From an uncultured delta proteobacterium (GTDB taxonomy: Bacteria > Desulfobacterota > Binatia > UBA9968), in contig CAVUVW010000021.1 in assembly GCA_963745035.1 (NCBI GenBank), positions 1-64,000 of the forward strand: a stretch of DNA of 64,000 bases, read 5' to 3'. Positions 8,762-18,394 of this stretch are shown here, in pieces. The position numbers and the translations under genes were made by a program. Position 1 is the first letter of the stretch, and each line of letters begins with the position of its first letter. Under the pieces are notes generated by a model. That model was not told the DNA's origin. It made no database searches and worked only from the letters and a program-made list of their open reading frames with translations.

Positions 8762-10482
8762 ATGGCAACCCCAAGCAGCAGCGAAGGAAAGAAGGAAGCG
8801 ACCGGTCCGGTGATCTCCGGCGGCCACCTTGTCGCCAAGGCGCTCAAGAACGAGGGCGTGGAGGTGATTTGGACGCTGTGCGGCGGCCATATCATCGATA
8901 TCTACGACGGCTGCATCGACGAGGGCATCAAGATTATCGACGTGCGCCATGAGCAAGTCGCGGCCCACGCGGCCGACGGCTACTCGCGCCAGAGCGGCAA
9001 GATCGGCTGCGTCGTCACGACCGCCGGACCAGGCACAACCAACGCGATGACCGGCATCGCCAATGCGTATCGCGCCGAGAGCCCGCTCTTGATGATCGGC
9101 GGGCAGGGCGCGCTTTCAGCCAGCACAAGATGGGCTCGCTGCAAGATCTGCCGCACGTCGACATCATGTCGCCGATCACGAAGTTCGCCGCCACCGTGCC
9201 GCACACCGAGCGGATCGCCGACATGGTGTCGATGGCGTTTCGCGAATCGGTCAACGGCGCGCCCGGTCCGAGCTACCTGGAAATCCCGCGCGACGTGCTC
9301 GATGCCAAAGTGCCGCTCGAGCGCGCGCGCATTCCCAAACCGGGCGCCTACCGCGCTTCGACCAAATCCGTCGGGGATCCGAAAGACATCGAGAAGCTTG
9401 CCGATCTTTTGGTCAATTCACAAAAGCCGGCGGCGCTCTTTGGTACGCAGGTGTGGACCAGCCGCGGCCACGATGCGGCGGTGGAGTTCTGCCGCGCGCT
9501 CAATGTGCCCGGCTACATGAACGGCTCGGGGCGCGGTATTTTTGCGCCGGGTGATCCGCACGGCTTCAATCGCACGCGCAGCATGGCATTCGACAAAGCC
9601 GACGTGATCTTGATCGTCGGCTGTCCGTTCGATTTCCGTCTCGGCTACGGCCGGCGGCTGCGCGCCGATGCGACCGTCGTGCAGATCGATCTCGACTATC
9701 GCAACGTCGGCAAGAACCGCGACGTCTCGCTCGGCCTCGTCGGCGACTGCGGCGCGATTCTCAAAGCCGTGGAGCAAGCCGCCAGCGGCCGCGCGTCGAA
9801 AGGCAATGCGCAGCGCGCCGAGTGGATGAAAGAATTACGCGCGGCGGAAGCCAAGGCCTACGAAAAGCTTCTCCCTTCGTTCAAGTCCGAATCGACGCCG
9901 ATCAATCCTTACCGGGTCGCCTATGAGATCAATGAATTCTTGACCGACAACACGGTCTATATCGGCGACGGCGGCGATGTCGTGACGATCACCGCGACGG
10001 CCGTCGAGCCGCGCAAAGCCGGCAACTGGATGGATCCGGGCCCGCTCGGCACTCTGGGCGTCGGCACGTCGTTCGCGATGGCGACCAAGTTCGTGCATCC
10101 GAAAAAAGAAGTGCTTTGTTACTACGGCGACGGATCATTCGGCATGACCGCATGGGACATGGAGACCGCGCAGCGCTTCGGCCTGCCGTACATGGCCGTG
10201 ATCGGCAACAACTCGGCGATGAATCAGATCCGCTGCGGCCAGATCGGCAAATACGGGCCAGAGCGCGGCTGCATCGGCAACAAGCTCGGCGACGTCGATT
10301 TCGAAAAATTTGCCGAGTGCTTCGGCGGCTGGGGCATCGCCGTGCGCGACCCCGGCCAGATTCGCCCCGCGCTCGAAAAAGCGCGCGAGCGTGTCGCCGG
10401 CGGTCAATGCGCCGTCGTGAACATCTGGGTCGACATCAATGAATACGCGCCGGGCACCAAGGCGCAGACGATGTACAAATAA
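8762..10482 (+). CDS. ThDP-dependent enzyme, oxalyl-CoA decarboxylase/2-hydroxyacyl-CoA lyase-like (frameshift near 9119)
   Basis: VRHEQ.A.HAADGY, TAGPG.TN, DPGPLGTLGVG, GDGSFG...NN; two ORFs join as GGQGALSQHKMGSLQDLPH; directly upstream of frc; TATAAT at 8719-8724 and GGAGG RBS. Confidence 0.8.
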
Positions 10483-10509
10483 GAGTCGCCGCGAAAACTT
10501 CGGAATGTG

Positions 10510-10575
10510 TCCCGCAAAGGCGCCAAGGCGCAAAGATTTAGATTCCGAACTTCGCGTCTTTGCGCCTTTGCGGGA
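10510..10575. repeat. Intergenic palindromic element built from CGCAAAG(G) units
   Basis: TCCCGCAAAGGCGCCAAGGCGCAAAG ... CTTTGCGCCTTTGCGGGA inverted arms. Confidence 0.7.
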
Positions 10576-10610
10576 TAAAAATCCGACTCTTCTAAGGAGA
10601 CGATGATTCG

Positions 10611-11852
10611 ATGGGAAAAGCTCTCGATGGCATCCGCATCCTCGATATGACTCACGTGCAGTCCGGTCCGACTTGCACGCAACTTCTGGCCTGGTTCGGC
10701 GCAGACGTGATCAAGGTCGAGCTGCCGGGGCGCGGCGATATTACACGCGGCCAGCTGCGCGACAAACCCAATGTCGACAGCCTCTATTTCACCATGCTCA
10801 ATTGCAACAAGCGCAGCATCACGCTCAATACGAAGACCAAAAAGGGCAAAGAAATATTTCGCGAGCTGGTTCGCCGCTGTGACGTGCTGGTGGAAAACTT
10901 CGCGCCCGGCGCGCTCGACCGTCAAGGTTTCACTTGGGAGGCCATTCAAGGACTGAATCCGCGGATCATTTATGCTTCCGTCAAAGGCTTCGGGCCCGGA
11001 CCGTTTGAAGATTGCAAGGTGTATGAAAACGTCGCCCAGTGCACCGGCGGTGCCGCCAGCACCACCGGGTTCGACGACGGGGCGCCGCTTGTTACCGGCG
11101 CACAGATCGGCGACTCAGGCACGGGAGTGCATTTGGTCGCGGGCATTCTCGCGGCGCTTTTTCAGCGCGAAAAGACCGGCAGGGGACAGCGCGTCACCTG
11201 CGCCATGCAGGATGCCGTGTTGAATCTTTGCCGGGTCAAGCTGCGCGATCAGCAGCGGCTCGCGGCGGGACCGCTGACGGAGTATCCGCAGTATCCGAAT
11301 GGAGTTTTCGGCGATGCGGTGCCACGTGCCGGCAACGCTTCAGGCGGTGGACAGCCGGGATCGGCGGTGCGCACTAAAGGCGGCGGGCCGAACGATTACA
11401 TCTACGTCATTATTCAGCCGGTGGGCTGGGAGCCGTTGATGAAGCTCTGCGGCCGGCCGGAGTTGATCACGGATCCTGAGTGGGCGACCCCCGAAGCGCG
11501 ACTGCCCAAGCTCGACAAATGTTTCGAGCTGATCGAGAAGTGGACGATGACCCTCGATAAATTCGAGATCATGCGCCGGCTCAATGAGCATGACGTGCCG
11601 TGCGGGCCGATCCTCGATATGCGCGAGATCGCTCAAGAGCAATCGCTGCGCGCGACCGGAACGGTCGTCGAAGTGGATCATCCGAAGCGGGGGAAATTCT
11701 TGACGGTCGGCAACCCGATCAAGCTCTCGGATTCGCCGACCGAAGTGAAGCGCTCGCCGTTGTTGGGCGAGCACACCGGCGAGATATTGGAATCTGTTCT
11801 CGGGTTAGACGACGACGAGATAGAAGAGGCGCAAAACGAGGGCGCCATCTAA
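10611..11852 (+). CDS. frc: Formyl-CoA transferase (class III CoA-transferase)
   Basis: [50 protein letters not shown], catalytic Asp in [10 protein letters not shown], glycine loop [10 protein letters not shown]. Confidence 0.93.
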   Translation: MGKALDGIRILDMTHVQSGPTCTQLLAWFGADVIKVELPGRGDITRGQLRDKPNVDSLYFTMLNCNKRSITLNTKTKKGKEIFRELVRRCDVLVENFAPGALDRQGFTWEAIQGLNPRIIYASVKGFGPGPFEDCKVYENVAQCTGGAASTTGFDDGAPLVTGAQIGDSGTGVHLVAGILAALFQREKTGRGQRVTCAMQDAVLNLCRVKLRDQQRLAAGPLTEYPQYPNGVFGDAVPRAGNASGGGQPGSAVRTKGGGPNDYIYVIIQPVGWEPLMKLCGRPELITDPEWATPEARLPKLDKCFELIEKWTMTLDKFEIMRRLNEHDVPCGPILDMREIAQEQSLRATGTVVEVDHPKRGKFLTVGNPIKLSDSPTEVKRSPLLGEHTGEILESVLGLDDDEIEEAQNEGAI

Positions 11853-12058
11853 GCAGTACTCCAGAGGCGACAACTTTGCTTGCGCGCCGTGTATCTTCAC
11901 GGTTCGAATTTTTATCGGATCCGATTGCAGTAAGAAGTTTTCAGTTTGTCCTGAGCATCGCCGAAAGCTCGAATGACAATCGAGACTTGAGGTGTCATGC
12001 CGAATGCTCGGCTGATGACTGGCCAAACTGTGAACATAGCCGATTCTCGGAGGCGTAG

Positions 12059-14179
12059 ATGAACAAAAAGGCTTTTCGCACCACGATCAACTCCGCTCTG
12101 GCCGCCGGCCGCCAAGCTTTGAGCGCGCCCGAGGCGCAGCAATTATGCGACGAGTACGGCATTGCAACGCCCAAGCAAGGATTGGCTACAACCGCTGCGG
12201 ATGCGGCGAAACTCGCCGCACGGTTCGGTTTTCCGGTCGTTCTCAAAATCGTCTCGGACGATATTCTGCACAAAACCGAAGCGGGCGGTGTGATCGTCGG
12301 ACTCGGCAATGCAGCCGATGTCCGGGGCGGTTTCGATCAACTCGTCAAGAACGCCAAACGCTACAAGAAAAACGCGGGCATTCAGGGTGTTCAGGTACAG
12401 CAGATGCTGAAAGGCGGCCAGGAAGTCATGGTCGGCGCCGTGACCGACCCGAGCTTCGGCAAAATGATCGCCTTTGGCATCGGCGGCATATTGGTCGAAG
12501 TGATGAAGGACATTACCTTTCGCATGGCGCCGGTCGGCAAGAAAGACGCCTTGTCGATGCTCGATTCGATCGGCGCCGCTCAAGTGCTGCGCGGGGTGCG
12601 CGGCGCCAAAGGAGTCGACCGCGCGGCTCTGGCCGATATCATCGTCAAAGTTTCCAAGCTGGTGAACGATTTCCCGGAAATTCACGAAGTCGATCTGAAT
12701 CCGATCTTCGCGACGGAGAACGGCGCGCGCGCCGTCGATGTGCGCATCGTCATCGGCGATAAGCCGCAAACGCGCCAGCGTTTCGATCAGAGAGAGATTC
12801 TCGCCGCCATGCAGCGCATCATGAATCCGCGCTCGGTGGCCGTGATCGGCGCTTCCGCTGAAGACGGCAAGATCGGCAACTCGGTGATGAAGAATCTCAT
12901 CAACGGCGGTTATCAAGGGGCGATCTATCCGGTCCATCCGAAAGCTCAGGAGATCCTGGAACGCAAGGCCTATCCCAGCGTGCTCGACGTCCCGGGGGAA
13001 ATCGACGTCGCGGTGTTCGCCATCCCGGCGAAGTTTTGCGCTGCGGCGATGGACGAAGTGGGGCGGAAAAAAATTCCCGGTGCCGTGATGATTCCCTCGG
13101 GCTTCGCCGAAGTCGGCGAGCAGGCGCTGCAGGATGAGCTTCTCGGGGTGGCGCGCAAGCACCAAGTGCGCGTGATGGGGCCGAATATTTACGGGTTTTA
13201 CTACACGCCGCAAAATCTCTGCGCGACCTTTTGCACGCCGTACGACGTCAAGGGCAAGGTTGCGCTCAGCTCGCAATCGGGCGGGGTCGGCATGTCGATC
13301 ATCGGTTTTTCACGGACGACGCGCATGGGAGTTTCGGCGATCGTCGGGCTGGGCAACAAGTCCGATCTCGACGAGGACGATCTGCTGACCTACTTCGAGC
13401 AGGACGACAACACTCAAGTGATCGCCATGCACTGCGAGGATTTAAAAGACGGCAGATCCTTCGCCGAAGTGGCAAGTCGCGTCTCGAAAAAGAAACCCAT
13501 TGTCATGCTCAAGGCGGGACGAACAGCACTGGGCGCGCGGGCCGCGGCGTCGCACACCGGCGCGCTGGCGGGAAACGATAAAATATATGACGATGTTCTG
13601 CGCCAGTGCGGCGTCATTCGCGCCAAGAGTTTGAACGACATGCTGCAGTTCGCCCGCGGCCTCCAAGTGCTACCGACGCCGAAGGGCGAGAATATCGTCA
13701 TCATCACCGGCGCCGGCGGTTCGGGCGTATTACTGTCGGACGCCTGCGTCGATAACGGTTTGGCGCTGATGAAAATGCCCCCGGACATGGACGCCGCATT
13801 TCGCAAATTCATCCCGCCCTTCGGCGCTGCCGGAAATCCGGTCGACATCACCGGCGGCGAGCCGCCGACGACCTACGCCAACACCATCCGCTACGCCCTG
13901 GGCGAGCCGCGCATTCATTCTTTGATCCTCGGCTACTGGCACACGATCATCACGCCGCCGATGGTGTTCGCCAAGCTGTGCGCCGAGGTCGTCGAGGAAG
14001 CGCGTGCCAAAGGTATCGACAAGCCGGTGGTGGCCTCTCTGGTCGGCGACGTACAGGTGGAAGAGGCGAGCGAGTATCTTTACGAACGAGGAATCGTTGC
14101 GTATCCGTACACGACGGAGTTGCCGGTCGCGGTGCTCGGGGCGAAGTACAAATGGGCGCGTGGGGCGGCGGTGATGTAG
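12059..14179 (+). CDS. ADP-forming acyl-CoA synthetase (ACD family), ATP-grasp domain first, then CoA-binding/ligase domains
   Basis: FPVVLKIVS.DILHKTEAGGV, DLNP; then PRSVAVIGAS, GPN, SQSGG, phospho-His motif ASHTGALAG, NPVD. Confidence 0.88.
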   Translation: MNKKAFRTTINSALAAGRQALSAPEAQQLCDEYGIATPKQGLATTAADAAKLAARFGFPVVLKIVSDDILHKTEAGGVIVGLGNAADVRGGFDQLVKNAKRYKKNAGIQGVQVQQMLKGGQEVMVGAVTDPSFGKMIAFGIGGILVEVMKDITFRMAPVGKKDALSMLDSIGAAQVLRGVRGAKGVDRAALADIIVKVSKLVNDFPEIHEVDLNPIFATENGARAVDVRIVIGDKPQTRQRFDQREILAAMQRIMNPRSVAVIGASAEDGKIGNSVMKNLINGGYQGAIYPVHPKAQEILERKAYPSVLDVPGEIDVAVFAIPAKFCAAAMDEVGRKKIPGAVMIPSGFAEVGEQALQDELLGVARKHQVRVMGPNIYGFYYTPQNLCATFCTPYDVKGKVALSSQSGGVGMSIIGFSRTTRMGVSAIVGLGNKSDLDEDDLLTYFEQDDNTQVIAMHCEDLKDGRSFAEVASRVSKKKPIVMLKAGRTALGARAAASHTGALAGNDKIYDDVLRQCGVIRAKSLNDMLQFARGLQVLPTPKGENIVIITGAGGSGVLLSDACVDNGLALMKMPPDMDAAFRKFIPPFGAAGNPVDITGGEPPTTYANTIRYALGEPRIHSLILGYWHTIITPPMVFAKLCAEVVEEARAKGIDKPVVASLVGDVQVEEASEYLYERGIVAYPYTTELPVAVLGAKYKWARGAAVM

Positions 14180-14187
14180 TCACGGTC

Positions 14188-14236
14188 CCGTTTCAATCGT
14201 TCGTTCCAGTGGTTCCAATCGTTCGCGCGTCGTTCT
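14188..14236. repeat. Degenerate GTTC(C/A)A tandem array
   Basis: gtttcaatc gttc gttccagtg gttccaatc gttc immediately after the ACD stop codon. Confidence 0.55.
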
Positions 14237-14300
14237 GAGGCACGCAGGAAAACTTGTTCTTTCGTGCTCTGCGTGTCCGGGTGGTGATGCCAGTGAAGGC

Positions 14301-15449
14301 TCACCGATACGCTTCCTCAGGCATATTGAAGGCTGCGCCTTCCTTCGCCAATTGTTCCTGGAACATCTTGCGGATATGCGGGTCCTCGTCGCGGTATTCG
14401 ATGGTGTGGCCGCCTTCTTTGATGTCGAGGTTCAAGCCCCACCAGTCTTTTCCAGGAATACCCTTGACCCGCCTCGGGTAGCCGCCGAGGAAGGCGAGCA
14501 CGCGCAAGGGCTCCTTGGATGCGCCGAAGTGACCGTGAAACCATCCTGCGTCGCCTGGCGCAGCGCTCACGATGCCGCCGGTCTTGTAGTCCTGCCGAAC
14601 TACTAAATTGCCTTTGCCGTCTTTCCACGGCGTCGTCCCTGCTTCACCCGGCCAGGTGATCGTGTAACCCTTGCCGCCCAAGCACAGCAGCACCGGGCCG
14701 GCTTCATGTGCGTGACATCGCGAATAGCGACCGGGCGCGTATTGCGCGATAAATCCCTGAAAACTATTTCCCGACAGGCTCCAGAAGAAAGTTCGATGGC
14801 CCACGCCGCGCTGACCATCGACCGGCAGCTCGACGCGATCGGCATCAGGAATGATATTGCCGTAGTTGCGCGCGCGGCCGTGGCGCGGATCTTTGCCGAG
14901 CTCGCTATGCGCTTTGAAATAATCCGCGCTGCCGTCGTAGCGGTCCTTGAATTGATACGGATTATTGAACAGCGCATCTTGGGTCCGGTAGAGATGAAAG
15001 ATCGGTGGCGCGTTAGTCACGCCGACTAAGAGAGCAGGGCTGGAGGTCGCGTTAACGATGCGGTGCCAGGTGTTAAGCGGCGGGGAGAAAAGGCTTCCCG
15101 CCTGCCACTCGAAAGTTTGCTTCTTGTTCGAGTCATCGCCGCTCCAGATCTCCGTCGTGCCGCGCCCTTCGAGCACATAGAAGATCTCCTCGTACATGTG
15201 CTTTTCCGGCGTAATCGCGCCGGCGCCAGGCACCTCGATTACGTACACGCCCTGGAGTCCGCCGCAGCCGTTGAGCTCGATGAACGCGCCGCGTGCGCCC
15301 ATGCGTTTCCACGGTCCCAACGTGAGTTCGCGAACATCGTAGAAACCCACCGCGCCGCGATGGATGGGAAGATTTTGCTCCTCCATGTAAATTTCATAGG
15401 GGCTGGCCTGCCGCACCCAGCGTTTGGTACCGACGAAGTCTTGCTCCAT
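14301..15449 (-). CDS. Bicupin protein, function unknown
   Basis: Two cupin modules: EKHMYEEIFYVLEGRG...PPLNTWH and CHAHEAGPV...WFHGHF. Confidence 0.75.
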   Translation of the reverse strand: MEQDFVGTKRWVRQASPYEIYMEEQNLPIHRGAVGFYDVRELTLGPWKRMGARGAFIELNGCGGLQGVYVIEVPGAGAITPEKHMYEEIFYVLEGRGTTEIWSGDDSNKKQTFEWQAGSLFSPPLNTWHRIVNATSSPALLVGVTNAPPIFHLYRTQDALFNNPYQFKDRYDGSADYFKAHSELGKDPRHGRARNYGNIIPDADRVELPVDGQRGVGHRTFFWSLSGNSFQGFIAQYAPGRYSRCHAHEAGPVLLCLGGKGYTITWPGEAGTTPWKDGKGNLVVRQDYKTGGIVSAAPGDAGWFHGHFGASKEPLRVLAFLGGYPRRVKGIPGKDWWGLNLDIKEGGHTIEYRDEDPHIRKMFQEQLAKEGAAFNMPEEAYR

Positions 15450-15493
15450 GTAATTGTCTCCTTCGACTTGTGGGAGTACGCTCGTCTCACAGG

Positions 15494-15523
15494 AAGGTAT
15501 TCGCTAACCGTTCATTGTGTCAA
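15494..15523 (-). promoter_or_regulatory. Sigma70-type promoter for the bicupin gene
   Basis: Minus strand TTGACA-18 bp-TACCTT. Confidence 0.55.
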
Positions 15524-15529
15524 CACCGA

Positions 15530-15922
15530 CTAGCGCGTCCAGAACGGCATCAGCGAATAGAACAGCAGAGGAATCGCCAGTACGGGTACGATCCAGACGA
15601 GTGCTAGCGGGATTTTCCGAGTGAGACTTTCTGGCAGAAGCGTGGCGAGCACCCCAAGCGCGGCGGCACCGAGGATCGAAGAGGCCGTCCAACCGTACCA
15701 GTACATAACCGGACCTTCGCCCTGGCGCGGCGGCGCATGGAACCACTCCAGCCGGTTGGTCGCAGGATGATACGTAAAGAGCGGCCAGCCTGCCATGTCG
15801 CAGAGCACGTAAAGCGCCGCGGTGGCGAAGGCGAACACGACAGCAAAGGTTTTAAACTTCGTGGACGAAGCGAGCGACTTCGACTTGCTCATGCCCTGCG
15901 TTGCATCAGTAGTCGTGCTCAT
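15530..15922 (-). CDS. Small membrane protein (about 3 TM)
   Basis: Hydrophobic segments with PLFTYHP and GPVMYWYGW; ATGA overlap with the upstream gene. Confidence 0.7.
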   Translation of the reverse strand: MSTTTDATQGMSKSKSLASSTKFKTFAVVFAFATAALYVLCDMAGWPLFTYHPATNRLEWFHAPPRQGEGPVMYWYGWTASSILGAAALGVLATLLPESLTRKIPLALVWIVPVLAIPLLFYSLMPFWTR

Positions 15923-16426
15923 GATCCGAACCCGCGGACGTTGTTGACGACCTTGCCGACGAGAAAGATGAACCAGCACGCTCCGGCAAGATAAACGGTC
16001 ACCCATTTGCGGGTGCTGCTATATTCCGCGTTCTTGGAATTTTTCCAAAGATACCAATAAATCGGCAGCAGTCCGAGCCCGATGGTGGCGAGATGCTCCT
16101 TCATCTCGAAGGAACCTTGCGTCTTCCAGTAGCCCGCTTGCTCGATGGGAATGCGGACGTAGATGCGATACTCAGTGTAGATCCACGCGCCGAAAACAAA
16201 GGTTGATAACCCAGAGCACGCAGACGGCGGCGGCGTAGCCTGCGCCCTCTACCGCACGGAAGCGGGTGGCGAAACCGGCATCTGCGGCCCGTTGGCGCAC
16301 CGGCATGAGCACCGACATCGCCTGGTGCGTGAGCGCGCCCAGGAGCCCGATCGCCAACAATCCATGGATGATCAGCAAGATCGTCCAGTACGTGTTGATC
16401 GAGATGTACTCGAGTACGAAGTCCAT
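15919..16426 (-). CDS. Membrane protein (about 4 TM); frameshift near 16204
   Basis: MDFVLEY...HGLLAIGLLGALTHQA joins TFVFGAWIYTEYRIYVR...FEMKEHLATIGL; the 508-nt span is one base too long. Confidence 0.7.
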
Positions 16427-16590
16427 TATCGTCCCTGTCATGCACGCAAGTCGGTTTTTGCCTAGTGTTGCTTCACCATCAGCGTCTAGACGGAAACCGT
16501 ATGCCGATCGGTCTGTTCCCGTTCCTCGCGTAAATGACAAACCGAATGGAGGCAAACTTGCCGCGCGCTACGGCGCTTGATTTTTGGCGA

Positions 16591-16620
16591 AGAGTATCCG
16601 CTCAAAAAGCATCGTGTCAA
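16591..16620 (-). promoter_or_regulatory. Sigma70-type promoter for the membrane-protein pair
   Basis: Minus strand TTGACA-18 bp-TACTCT. Confidence 0.55.
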
Positions 16621-16694
16621 CGTTGCGCCCGGATTTTTCGCTGCGTGGCGATGGCTGTTCGCTGCTTCTTATCTGGATCACGCTTCCAACCCCG

Positions 16695-18236
16695 CTAGCG
16701 CGACCGGGGTTTGAGATCCCAGCCGTAGACGTCCTCGCCGGGATTCGCCTTGAAGTCGAACCGGTTACTCACGCCCTGGAGTCCCTGATACTGGTAAAGC
16801 CAGACCACCGGCGCTTCTTCCATCAGCACCGACATCGCCTTTTGCAGCAGCTTTACTCGCTGGGCCGGATCGAAGCTTGCCTGTTCCGCTTTGAGCGCGG
16901 CGTCAACCGCCGGGTTGGAAAATTCCAAGCGCTTGGTGACTCCGGTGCGAAAGTACTGGTGCAGGTACTCGCTCGGGTCGATGACCGCGCCGCGCCCGAA
17001 AATATACATGCCGGCTTTGCCGTTTTGGATCGCGGCAAACCCGCTGTCTTGATCTTGCGTCCGCACCTTTGCGCGGATGCCGACCTCGCCGAGCATCGCG
17101 CCGATCGCTTCGGCCACGTCCTTGACCTTGTTGTACTGCCCGAGCGGAACCAGGAAATCGACTTCGAAGCCGTTGGCGTAACCGGCTTCGGCGAGCAGCT
17201 TCTTCGCCTTCGCAGGGTCATGATTGTACTTTGGGCCGATCTCGCGGCTGTAGCCGTACTGATCCGGACCGACGGGCGCGTCCATCGGATAGGCGTAGCC
17301 CCTGAGCACGTTTTTCGTGAGGGAGTTTCGATCGATGGCATAGTTGACGGCCTGGCGCACAAGCTTGTTGCCGAACTGCGGCACTGAGCTGTGCATGCCG
17401 AGAAACATGATATTGATCGTGCGGGCGCTCTCGATGCGCGCGCCGCCGCTCACGCGGCCGGCGCTCTCGGGCGGGACGTTGGAGATGACGTCCACTTCCC
17501 GGTTTAAGAGCGAGGTGATCGCAACCTCGGATTCCGCGATGTTGCGAAAGACAATTTCGTCGACCGTCGGCCTGTGATCGCTGTGCGCGTAGCCGGGGTT
17601 TTTCTCCACGACGAACCACTGGCCGCGCACCCAGTCTTTGAGCTTATAGGGTCCCGTGCCGAGCGCGAGCTTATCGGCTGCAGCCGCGCCCAAGCGATCA
17701 TACGCGGCCTTGTTGGTGATGAAGCGCTGCGCCAGGCGAAAGGGTAGCGCCGCATCCGGGCTTTTGGTGCGCAATCGGACCGTAAGCGGATCGACCGCCT
17801 CGATGGCGACAACGTGGGCGATGGAGCTCGACTGTTTGCTGTCGGGGTCCTTCTGAATGCGCGTGTACGAGTGCACCACATCGGCCGACGTGAAATCGCT
17901 GCCGTCGTGGAACTTGACGTCCTTCTTAAGCTTGAACACCCAGGTGTTAGGGTCCGGATTGCTCCACGACTCGGCGAGAATGGGAACGATTTGTTTTTTG
18001 CTCCAGCTCCATTCGAGCAGCGGCTCGATCACATGCTTCCAGGTCGGATAGATCTGCGTGGTCGAATGACCGTACGGATGCAAAGTCTCCACCTGCACGC
18101 CTGGCAGAGCGATTGTAGCGGTAATTTTTTGCTCTTTCTTGGCTGTACTCTGGGCGTGGCCGATGGACGTAAGAAAGCCCAAGTAATCGCCAAGAAGCAG
18201 CGCAAGCAAAAACGTCAGAGTGCGAAACGTGAGCAT
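16695..18236 (-). CDS. ABC substrate-binding protein, family 5 (DppA/OppA-like)
   Basis: P.LAESW...W.FKL...VKFHDGS.FT..DV, GTGPYKL, VRQA.NYAIDR, DP.KAKKLLAEAGY; signal peptide. Confidence 0.92.
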   Translation of the reverse strand: MLTFRTLTFLLALLLGDYLGFLTSIGHAQSTAKKEQKITATIALPGVQVETLHPYGHSTTQIYPTWKHVIEPLLEWSWSKKQIVPILAESWSNPDPNTWVFKLKKDVKFHDGSDFTSADVVHSYTRIQKDPDSKQSSSIAHVVAIEAVDPLTVRLRTKSPDAALPFRLAQRFITNKAAYDRLGAAAADKLALGTGPYKLKDWVRGQWFVVEKNPGYAHSDHRPTVDEIVFRNIAESEVAITSLLNREVDVISNVPPESAGRVSGGARIESARTINIMFLGMHSSVPQFGNKLVRQAVNYAIDRNSLTKNVLRGYAYPMDAPVGPDQYGYSREIGPKYNHDPAKAKKLLAEAGYANGFEVDFLVPLGQYNKVKDVAEAIGAMLGEVGIRAKVRTQDQDSGFAAIQNGKAGMYIFGRGAVIDPSEYLHQYFRTGVTKRLEFSNPAVDAALKAEQASFDPAQRVKLLQKAMSVLMEEAPVVWLYQYQGLQGVSNRFDFKANPGEDVYGWDLKPRSR

Positions 18237-18394
18237 GTCGGTTCTCCCTTTACGGTCTAGCCGATGCGGCAGTGAACTTACCGTTTATCACCGAGCCAGT
18301 GGTGCGTGTCAATCATGAAACCGTGTACCGCGCAGCGTCGAACGTCGAACGCTAAACGGCAAGCTTTCACGGATCGAGCAAGATAGGCTTGGCC

